Shown here one piece after another: positions 1 to 6,950 of a stretch of DNA of 11,028 bases. Source of the DNA: Gemmatimonadaceae bacterium. GTDB lineage: Bacteria; Gemmatimonadota; Gemmatimonadetes; Gemmatimonadales; Gemmatimonadaceae. How positions within the stretch are numbered: position 1 is the stretch's first letter; each line of letters opens with the position of its first letter. A program made the translations under genes and the position numbers. A model generated the notes under the pieces. It was not told the DNA's origin. It saw only the letters and a program-made list of their open reading frames with translations, and made no database searches. The stretch is from positions 1 through 11,028 of the forward strand of contig JANRJP010000084.1 of the NCBI GenBank assembly GCA_033763905.1. The letters run 5' to 3'.

Positions 1-1881
1 CACGATCAGCAGCCGCTTGCCGCGACGCACCGCACGCTCGGCTTTGTCGCAGAGCGCATCGAGCGCGCGCACGAGGCCCACCGTCCCTTCGCGCGCAGGC
101 CACGTGGCATCAAGCGTCACCGCCGGATACCCGGGGAAGTCTACCAGCGCCGCCATCTCGTCGGGGAGCAGCACCGGATGCTCGACGCGCAACATTCGCG
201 CAGCGGTCGGCTGCTCGAGCAACGGCGACCCGCGACGCCCCAGATGCATTCGCAGCGACATTCCCAACGACTCGCGCAAGGAATCGAGCGGCGGGTTGGT
301 GACTTGCGCGAAGCGCTGCCGCAGGAAGCCGTACACCGTCGGTGCGTGGCGTGCGAGCGGCGGCGGCGCGGTGTCGTCACCCATCGACCACACTGGGTCG
401 GCGCCGGTGGCGGCCATCGTTTCGAGAATCATTCGCACGTCTTCGTGGCCGTAACCGAGCGCCGTTTGCGGCGCGCGCAGGGCATCGCTGCCGACCACGA
501 GCGGCTCCGGATGCGTGCTCGGCGGCAACGTCGCCATATGGCCCGCGATCCAGCGCGCGTACGGCTTGCGCGTCGCGATCTCGCGCTTGGCTTCGAGGTT
601 CTTGATCACGCGTCGGCGCACGGTGTCCACGACGAACACGCCGCCCTGCGCCACCTTGCCGGTCTCGACCACCTGTGCGGGATCAAAATCGACGATGCCG
701 ACTTCGGATCCCGCCGCGACCATGCCGTCGTCGCGAATCACGTAGCGGCAGGGGCGCAGTCCGTTACGGTCCAGCGACACGGCGGCGATCTGGCCGTCGG
801 TGTAGGCAATGGCGGCTGGACCGTCCCAGGGTTCGATCAGGCACTGGTGGTACTCGTAGAATGCCTTGACCGCGGGCTCGATGTCGGGGAATCGCTCCCA
901 GGCGCGCGGAATGCACATCATTGCCGCGTGTACTGGCGAGCGCCCCGCGCGCACGAGCAGTTCGAGCGTGTTGTCGAGGCTCGTCGAATCGCTGCCCCCC
1001 CGCTGCATCGGATGCATCACCCGATCGCCACGTGCCCCGAACATCGGCGCGGTGAGCAACGGCGCGCGCATCGCCATCGCGTTGCGGTTGCCCCAGAGCG
1101 TGTTGATCTCGCCGTTGTGCGCCAGCAAACGGAACGGCTGCGCCAGCTCCCAGCGCGGCAGCACGTTGGTCGCGTAGCGCTCGTGGAACACGGCAATCGC
1201 GCTCGCGAAGTCCGGCGCGGCCAAGTCCGGGTAGAACGCCCCCAAGTGCGGCCCGTTGAGCAGCGCTTTGTACACGATCGTTCGGCACGACGACGAACAC
1301 ACGTACAGCGCGAGTCCTTGGGCCTCGGCGCGCTGTTCGATGGCTCGGCGCGCGAGGTACAGCGCACGCTCCCACGCGTCGTCGTCGGTGCAGTCGGCGG
1401 GCCGTCCGAGGATCAACTGCCGAATGCCCGGCATCGCCGCGCGAGCCGCCGGCCCCAGCGCATCAGGATTCACCGGTACCGTGCGCCATCCCAGCACGGG
1501 AATGCCGTCGTCGGCACACACCGATGTGGCCAATGCCTCGGCCGATGCGGCGGCCGCAGCATCCGGCGGCACGAAGCACATCATCACGGCCAGCGGCCCG
1601 TCGGGCACGCGTAGCCCTGCCTCGCCTGCCACTCGCGCGAAGAACGCCTGCGGCAACTGGGTCAGCAGCCCCGCGCCATCCCCCGACGTGTCACTCGCCG
1701 ACGCGCCGCGGTGCGCCATTCGCGACACCGCTTCGAGCGCCAGCGCCACCACACGCTGCGACGCAACGCCATCGCGATGCGCAATGAAGCCCGTGCCGCA
1801 GGCGTCGTGCTCGCCGTACGGACCAATGGGCGCGCGCGAGTCCGGCGGCCAGCCGCGGGCCGCGTACCGAGGATCGGTCAC
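1..1881 (-). CDS. gltB: Glutamate synthase (GOGAT) large subunit, N-terminal 627 codons; runs off the left edge
   Basis: Manual translation from GTG at 1881: MTDPRYAARGWPPDSRAPIGPYGEHDA-CGTGFIA (Ntn-amidotransferase Cys28 at 1800-1798), then HRGA..GDGAG, HERYATN..WELAQPFR..HNGEINT, EPWDGPA, LDRNGLRP, SMGDDT and FAQVTNPPLDSLRE, all in one frame through to position 1. Absent from the ORF track because there is no stop in the window. Confidence 0.97.
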   Translation of the reverse strand, partial: MTDPRYAARGWPPDSRAPIGPYGEHDACGTGFIAHRDGVASQRVVALALEAVSRMAHRGASASDTSGDGAGLLTQLPQAFFARVAGEAGLRVPDGPLAVMMCFVPPDAAAAASAEALATSVCADDGIPVLGWRTVPVNPDALGPAARAAMPGIRQLILGRPADCTDDDAWERALYLARRAIEQRAEAQGLALYVCSSSCRTIVYKALLNGPHLGAFYPDLAAPDFASAIAVFHERYATNVLPRWELAQPFRLLAHNGEINTLWGNRNAMAMRAPLLTAPMFGARGDRVMHPMQRGGSDSTSLDNTLELLVRAGRSPVHAAMMCIPRAWERFPDIEPAVKAFYEYHQCLIEPWDGPAAIAYTDGQIAAVSLDRNGLRPCRYVIRDDGMVAAGSEVGIVDFDPAQVVETGKVAQGGVFVVDTVRRRVIKNLEAKREIATRKPYARWIAGHMATLPPSTHPEPLVVGSDALRAPQTALGYGHEDVRMILETMAATGADPVWSMGDDTAPPPLARHAPTVYGFLRQRFAQVTNPPLDSLRESLGMSLRMHLGRRGSPLLEQPTAARMLRVEHPVLLPDEMAALVDFPGYPAVTLDATWPAREGTVGLVRALDALCDKAERAVRRGKRLLIV

Positions 1882-1885
1882 CGAC

Positions 1886-3607
1886 TCAGTACCGCCAGCT
1901 GCGCAAATCCGCACCGGCCGGCGCGGTCGTCAGCATCCGCTCCACGGCCCACGGCAACACCATCTGCGGATACCGCAGGCGCGAGTACGCGTTGCTCCGC
2001 GTGTGGTCGCCGTTCCAGCAGTGTTCATCGCGATCGCCGTAATCCACCACGGCATCGGCGGGCGGGTTCGCGCTCTTGAGGAACTTCTCCACCTCGTACA
2101 CGGCGTTGTTGAGGTAGTAGTTGTCCATATCGCCGACGTAGATGCGCAGCTTGCCGCGCAGTTTCGGACCCAGCGTGGCCCAATCGCGCTGGAGGATGTA
2201 CGACAAGTCGTAGTTGTTCCGCCAATACTCGGCGACCTGGCGATCGATCGTCCCCGTCTCGCGATCCCAGATGCGCGCCGGATAGCCGTTCGGACCCGGC
2301 GGCGAATACACCGACTCCCACACGTCCCACTGGTCGCCCGACCGCGCGTTGGTGCCGATCGCCACTTCGTACTGATTCATCTCCATCACCGTGGCATCGA
2401 CGTGCCCCAGGTAGTTGCGATGCCCCGGACGCGGCGTGCGCTTGAACATCGAGGGCATCCAGTACGCGTTGGTGTCCGAGTAGATGTTCACCACCGTGTT
2501 GTGCCGGAAGTCGATCGGATCCGGACAGGCCACCCACGCGCCGTTGTATTCCTCGGGGTAGAACATCTGCACGGCCATCGATTCCCAGCCGCCGGTGGAG
2601 CCGCCAAAGAGGAAGCGCGCCCATCCGGCGCCCAAGCCGCGGTAGCGCTTTTCGATTTCGGGAATCAGCTCGTACTGAATGGCGTCGCCGTACGGGCCGT
2701 TGCCCGCCGAGTTCACCGCATAGGAATCGTCGTAGAACGGCGTCGGGTGCTGAATCTCAATCAGGAGCGCGCGCGGAAAGCCCTTCCCCGTCCACGTCTT
2801 GTAGAAGTCGTACGCCAGTTCCTGCTGGATGCGGTTGTAACCGGCCAACGAGAAGCGTTCGCTGTAGTCGGGCTTGAGGTTGGCGTCCGGCGGTGTCTCG
2901 CGCCAACCACCCAGGCTCGACGGGAAGTGTCCGTGATACACCGCCAGCGGATACCGCGCGTCGGGATGCGAATCGAAGCCTTCGGGTAGCAGCACCCAGG
3001 CCGCGAGGTACATATCGCGCCCCCACCACTTGGAGAGCCGCTCACTGCGGATCTTCACGTACTTCACGTACTTGGTTTCCTTCTTGGCGTAGTCCTCGAT
3101 CGGCGGAATCTCCTGATCGAGCGAGAGCGCGATGTCCGTCGGCCGCTTGGGGTCCCACGTGATCGTGCGCGGCGCGCTGTACAGATTGCCGGGCTTGCGA
3201 CTCCACTGCTGCCCTTCGCCCTTGTCGGGCGGCAGCTTCAGCACGCGGCCGTCGGCCAACGTGAACGTCTCGTAGCGATTGAGCAGCACTTGCACGCGAT
3301 ACGTGCCCGCCGGCACATCCTTGAGTGCGCGAATCGGAAAGCCGTACGCATCCCCGGGCACCGTGCGTGCCGAACCTGGACGCCAGCCGTCGACATCAGA
3401 CCCGAAGACGAGCTGCGACTTGAGCCCCCAGCTCACCTGAAAGCGCGGTTCGGCGGTGCTGTCGCGCGACAACATCAGCAGCAGTCGACCATCGAGCGGC
3501 GCATTCGCGCGCGACGTCGGCAGCGTGACGGTGACGCGCGGGAGCGATTGCGCCCCCAGCGCCGAGGCCGCGAGCAGCGGCAGGGCGAGCAACGAGAAAC
3601 GGGACAT
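1886..3607 (-). CDS. Secreted alpha/beta-hydrolase (putative esterase, Fes/PF00756-like), 573 aa
   Basis: Start trimmed from the track ORF 1886..3949 to ATG 3607, which gives a signal peptide (MSRFSLLALPLLAASALGA|QS) and removes an overlap with the upstream gene. Motifs VLLPEGF..RYP, SYAVNSAGNGPYGDA..ELIPEIE, nucleophile elbow GGSTGG (2588-2605), candidate Asp (GDMDNY) and His (DEHCW). Confidence 0.85.
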   Translation of the reverse strand: MSRFSLLALPLLAASALGAQSLPRVTVTLPTSRANAPLDGRLLLMLSRDSTAEPRFQVSWGLKSQLVFGSDVDGWRPGSARTVPGDAYGFPIRALKDVPAGTYRVQVLLNRYETFTLADGRVLKLPPDKGEGQQWSRKPGNLYSAPRTITWDPKRPTDIALSLDQEIPPIEDYAKKETKYVKYVKIRSERLSKWWGRDMYLAAWVLLPEGFDSHPDARYPLAVYHGHFPSSLGGWRETPPDANLKPDYSERFSLAGYNRIQQELAYDFYKTWTGKGFPRALLIEIQHPTPFYDDSYAVNSAGNGPYGDAIQYELIPEIEKRYRGLGAGWARFLFGGSTGGWESMAVQMFYPEEYNGAWVACPDPIDFRHNTVVNIYSDTNAYWMPSMFKRTPRPGHRNYLGHVDATVMEMNQYEVAIGTNARSGDQWDVWESVYSPPGPNGYPARIWDRETGTIDRQVAEYWRNNYDLSYILQRDWATLGPKLRGKLRIYVGDMDNYYLNNAVYEVEKFLKSANPPADAVVDYGDRDEHCWNGDHTRSNAYSRLRYPQMVLPWAVERMLTTAPAGADLRSWRY

Positions 3608-3625
3608 TGTGGGGGGCAACGCGAA

Positions 3626-3669
3626 GGGCGGGACTGCAGGATCGTCTCCGATACCGTGCGGCCCCGCCC
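3626..3669 (-). terminator. Long GC-rich intergenic hairpin with GAGA tetraloop (terminator-like or RNA-stabilising)
   Basis: Minus strand GGGCGGGGC-C-GCA-C-GG-T-ATCG-GAGA-CGAT-CC-TGC-A-GTCCCGCCC, followed by only a weak U-tract (TTCGCGTT). It starts 24 nt after the stop at 3694. Confidence 0.5.
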
Positions 3670-3693
3670 GCCCTCTGTCAATGCGCTGGACGC

Positions 3694-4995
3694 CTAGGGC
3701 TTTCGCACCGCCGTCCGTCCGCCCGAGGAATTGCCACCGGAGTTGCCCGACGAGCTCCCCGACGACCCGCGCGACGCCCCGCCCGATGCCGACACGCTGC
3801 CACCGCTCGCCGTGCCGCCACCGGTCTGGTTGCCCGCGCTGTAGCCGCGGCGACGGTCCACCGTGGCCGTGGACGCCGGCGGCCGGTTGCCGACGAAGAT
3901 CGGCACGAAGCCGCCGTTGAAGCGGCCGCCCCAGCCCCAGCCGTTCCATCCGTTCCAGCCGTTACCCACCCAGCCGTTGCCGAAGGGTCCCCAGCCGGCG
4001 CCGTACCCATTCCACCAGCCGCCGTAACTGAGCCCCCACGGCGAACCCCACATCGAGTTCGCGAAGAACGGATCCCACTGCCACGGACACATCATCGGGC
4101 CGCCCATACACCACGCCGCCGCCATCCGGCCGCGCTCGCGACGCATCCGCAGCTCGAGACTGTCGGGGTTCGTCTGCTCGGCCTCACCCGACGTCGCCAA
4201 GCGGAACACGCGCGGATACGCGAGTGCCACCAGCACGTCCGTCACCGAGCCCGGCACCCCGGCATTGCGCAGGGACTTGAGCGTCTTGGCCGTCACCGCG
4301 ACCGTGGCATCCTGCCCACGCAGCGTCAGCCAGCCGCGCGCGACGGGCTCATTCACCGCGCTCGAGACCTCGGCGATCTGCGCCACGGTCACCGGTGAGA
4401 CGTACAGTTCCCGCTGACGCGGCGACAGCATCGGCACGTCACCCACCACCGCCCGCGCGGCCTCACTCAAATTCGGCGTCGCCAACGCGTCGTACTGCGT
4501 GACGCGCGGCTCCGGCGGCACGGTGCCGTCGGCCTTCTGCAAGGCGCGCACTTCAATGAACGCACTGGCCGACAACACATCGAACACCGACGTCCCGCGC
4601 ATCGTGCGCCCGCCGCAGGTGACGCCCTGCGACAGGTAGACCCGCGGGCCCTCGGCCGCCAAGCGACCGCTGGCCTCCACATCACAACCGCCGTCCTGCC
4701 GCCGCTGCGTCGCGCCGGATACGTCGAGCACCGTTCGCTCGGTCACGACGTCGCCATCGATATCCAGCACGCGCACGGCCGAGGCGTTCGACCCCGGCAC
4801 CACGCAGGTGAGTCGCAAATCCGGCGATGGGGTGCCGACGTCGGTCGCGCGCCAGCAGCCGAGGAACGGCATCAGCCGCGCATCAGTACGGGCCGTGATG
4901 CGGGTCTCTTGCGCGCCGACATCCGCCATCGCCGCCGCCAGCACCGCGACGCCAACGAGCACCCCAAGACCGTGCTGCATTCGTGTGGTCATCAT
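3694..4995 (-). CDS. Secreted hypothetical protein (~432 aa) with Cys pairs and a Gly/Trp-rich then Gly/Ser-rich low-complexity C-terminus
   Basis: SD GGAGG directly after the upstream TAG, then ATGATG (start 4995 or 4992). Signal-peptide-like N-terminus ending ADVGA|QE. Protein-like composition and no conflict with neighbouring genes. Confidence 0.85.
   Translation of the reverse strand: MMTTRMQHGLGVLVGVAVLAAAMADVGAQETRITARTDARLMPFLGCWRATDVGTPSPDLRLTCVVPGSNASAVRVLDIDGDVVTERTVLDVSGATQRRQDGGCDVEASGRLAAEGPRVYLSQGVTCGGRTMRGTSVFDVLSASAFIEVRALQKADGTVPPEPRVTQYDALATPNLSEAARAVVGDVPMLSPRQRELYVSPVTVAQIAEVSSAVNEPVARGWLTLRGQDATVAVTAKTLKSLRNAGVPGSVTDVLVALAYPRVFRLATSGEAEQTNPDSLELRMRRERGRMAAAWCMGGPMMCPWQWDPFFANSMWGSPWGLSYGGWWNGYGAGWGPFGNGWVGNGWNGWNGWGWGGRFNGGFVPIFVGNRPPASTATVDRRRGYSAGNQTGGGTASGGSVSASGGASRGSSGSSSGNSGGNSSGGRTAVRKP
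3937..3978 (-). repeat. Coding 9-nt tandem repeat (AACGGMTGG; Asn-Gly-Trp x3 plus one dispersed copy)
   Basis: Plus strand ccagccgtt-ccatccgtt-ccagccgtt at 3937-3963 and a further ccagccgtt at 3970-3978, encoding NGWVGNGWNGWNGW. Confidence 0.85.
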
Positions 4996-5001
4996 CCCCT
5001 C

Positions 5002-5796
5002 CTACTGCGCTCGCAGGGTGAGTCCGACCATCAACGACACGCCGGACAAATCGATTGGTGCAAAACCGGTGAACCGCGACGACAGCGACTTCCGCGCGAA
5101 GGTGCCGCGCAGCTGGGTCGAGATGCTGGCCGTCGACGACAACGCCACATCTACGCCCGCGAGCCCCATCGCTGTCGGCGCCCAGCCTTCGCTCTCGAAC
5201 ACGTCGGTGAAGATGTTGTTGCCGGCGTTGAGATCGACAAAGTCCCCTTCCTGGCGGAAGCGATACCACGTCATCCCCACGCCGCCGCCCACGTAGGCCG
5301 ACACCTTGGTCGGAATCCACGCGAACTTGCCGATTTGCTCACCCGGCGCGTTGAGGTAGAGCTTGGTGCCGATCGTGAGCGGCACCCGCATCAGGCGCGT
5401 CTGCTGCGTGATCGGGGCGCCATTCGACTCCTGCCATTCGCGGTACTCGGTCGGCGCGACGCGTGACTGAATGTCGCCGCTGAGCATCAGCTCCACGCGC
5501 GGCGACAGGAAGCCGCCCACGTCGAGCCCGGCACTGATCCCGCTCAGCTTCCGTCGCTCGAACGTCAGCTGCTCAGCAGCAAAGTCGAAGATGTCGGACC
5601 GGGCGAGCGGTGCCCCGAACCCGGTGCGAATCGTCAGGGTCGCCGTCGGCGGCTGAAACAGAAACCCGGCCCCTGTGAGTTGTGCCCGTCCCTCGGCCGC
5701 GGCCGTCGCGAGCAGCGCGGCCGACAGCATCGCCAGCGAGGCGAGTCGGCTCGCCGTCCGTCGGACCCGTGCGCGGATCCACGCGTTGCATTCCAT
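5002..5796 (-). CDS. Outer-membrane beta-barrel protein (small OmpW/OmpA-TM-like), 264 aa
   Basis: ATG 5796 preceded by GGGAGAAGGGAGCAGT. Signal peptide ending AEGRA|QL. Alternating amphipathic strands: ISAGLDVGGF, VPLTIGTKLYL, AYVGGGVGMTWYRF, MGLAGVDVAL, and a terminal LSGVSLMVGLTLR. The track ORF extension to 6294 is an out-of-frame overlap with corA. Confidence 0.8.
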   Translation of the reverse strand: MECNAWIRARVRRTASRLASLAMLSAALLATAAAEGRAQLTGAGFLFQPPTATLTIRTGFGAPLARSDIFDFAAEQLTFERRKLSGISAGLDVGGFLSPRVELMLSGDIQSRVAPTEYREWQESNGAPITQQTRLMRVPLTIGTKLYLNAPGEQIGKFAWIPTKVSAYVGGGVGMTWYRFRQEGDFVDLNAGNNIFTDVFESEGWAPTAMGLAGVDVALSSTASISTQLRGTFARKSLSSRFTGFAPIDLSGVSLMVGLTLRAQ

Positions 5797-5854
5797 ACTG
5801 CTCCCTTCTCCCAAAGGATGTCCGAGGGGGACGGCCTGTGTGCCGGGATACTCC

Positions 5855-5883
5855 AGTCTACCACCCGGCGGGGCCCAAGTTCC
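5855..5883 (-). promoter_or_regulatory. Candidate promoter for the beta-barrel/hypothetical pair
   Basis: Minus strand GGAACTT (5883-5877), 16-nt spacer, TAGACT (5860-5855), with TG at 5863-5862 forming an extended -10 TGnTAGACT. Motif match only. Confidence 0.4.
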
Positions 5884-5896
5884 ACTCGTCCCCGCC
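5867..5896 (-). terminator. Hairpin downstream of corA
   Basis: GGCGGGG-a-CGAGT-gga-ACTTG-gg-CCCCGCC starting 7 nt after the corA TAA. There is no U-tract, so termination is uncertain. Confidence 0.3.
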
Positions 5897-5903
5897 CCTG
5901 TCG

Positions 5904-6950
5904 TTAGTCCAGCCAGCCCTTCCGGCGGTAGAACCACAGCTGGACGCCGGCAATGGCCACCATCGCCACCAGCACGCTGGGGTAGCCGATCCGGGATTTG
6001 AGCTCCGGCATATGCTCGAAGTTCATCCCGTAAATGCTCGCCAAGAGGGTCATCGGCAGGAAGATCGTGCTCATCACGGTCAGCACGCGGAGCCGCTGGT
6101 TGGCGTTCTCCTGCAGGCTGGCCGCGTAGAGTGCGCGCAGACCTTCGAGCCGCCGCTCCAGGCGCTTGAGCCCGAACTGGTAGCGCTCGAGCGTCTTTGT
6201 GACCTCGTTCAGATGATCGCGATCGACCGCCGTGCGGAACGCCTGGCTCTCGAGCTGCGGCAACAACGAAACGGCCAGCAGGTGGTCTTCGCACACGGTG
6301 CTCAGCAAGTCCACGCGGCGCATCAAGTCGGAAATCTGTTCCAGCGTGACCGATCCCGGCTGCTCGTCGAGCGCGCGCGCGAGCTCGTCCACGTCGTGAC
6401 GCACCCGCACGTAGAGCCGGAGATCTTCGGCCGAGAACTCTTCGAGCACCTCGAGCACCAGGCCGGTCGAAGAACTGCCGTCGGGCATGGCGTGCACGAG
6501 CATCTGCTCGAGTTGCTCCAGCCGCGGCATCGGTCGCCGGTGATGCGTGATGATCACGCTCGGCAGCGCAATGACGTTAATGAAGCGATGCTCTTCGTTC
6601 GAAATGGCCGCCGGCACCGGAATGCGCAGCCAGGCCGCATCGCGCTCCGCGTGCGCATCCGAGATGCGCGCGTCGAAGTCGGTCGCGAACTCGATGATCG
6701 TCGGCGGCGTGCCCAGGTTCTGCAGCAACTGGCCCAGGGCCGCCGCGTCGGCGGTCTGCGCATCGACCCATCGCACGTCACCCGCGCCGACCCACTCTTT
6801 ACCGGGGATCCCGCCAGGCAGCGGCACAAAGTCCTGGCCGCCCTGCAACTGCCAGCACTTGAGCGTCAGGTTCTCTGGCGGCAGCGGCGCATCGGGTGGC
6901 AGCATCGGCAAGTCGGACCGCGACAGCCGGCGAGTACGTCGACGTTGCAT
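5904..6950 (-). CDS. corA: CorA-family Mg2+/Co2+ transporter, ~348 aa
   Basis: Signature YGMNFEHMPEL between two C-terminal TM helices (LTVMSTIFLPMTLLASI; YPSVLVAMVAIAGVQLWFY) and a basic tail RRKGWL. The start is most likely ATG 6950 (TGATG overlap with the iadA stop) or GTG 6953, after GAGGTGGGG. Confidence 0.92.
   Translation of the reverse strand: MQRRRTRRLSRSDLPMLPPDAPLPPENLTLKCWQLQGGQDFVPLPGGIPGKEWVGAGDVRWVDAQTADAAALGQLLQNLGTPPTIIEFATDFDARISDAHAERDAAWLRIPVPAAISNEEHRFINVIALPSVIITHHRRPMPRLEQLEQMLVHAMPDGSSSTGLVLEVLEEFSAEDLRLYVRVRHDVDELARALDEQPGSVTLEQISDLMRRVDLLSTVCEDHLLAVSLLPQLESQAFRTAVDRDHLNEVTKTLERYQFGLKRLERRLEGLRALYAASLQENANQRLRVLTVMSTIFLPMTLLASIYGMNFEHMPELKSRIGYPSVLVAMVAIAGVQLWFYRRKGWLD

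Noticed and set aside
178..2989. Long plus-strand ORFs 178..1614 (478 aa) and 1256..2989 (577 aa)
   Set aside because: Antisense shadows of gltB and the hydrolase. They are Arg/His/Ala-rich with no motifs, as expected in high-GC DNA.
3053..3073. Short tandem cttcacgta x2
   Set aside because: In-frame KYVKYVK within the hydrolase; too short to imply a function.
3676..3681. TTGACA as a full sigma70 promoter
   Set aside because: No convincing -10 at 16-18 nt, so it is noted only within the intergenic finding.
3608..3949. N-terminal extension of the 687-aa track ORF
   Set aside because: It overlaps the upstream gene out of frame and crosses the hairpin. ATG 3607 gives a clean signal peptide.
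3931..4030. Repeats as a CRISPR array or DGR-type repeat
   Set aside because: The 9-nt units are in-frame codon repeats with no spacers, cas genes or reverse transcriptase.
5797..6294. N-terminal extension of the 430-aa track ORF (possible corA/beta-barrel fusion or frameshift)
   Set aside because: corA is complete with its own TAA, and the barrel gene has its own SD and signal peptide at 5796.
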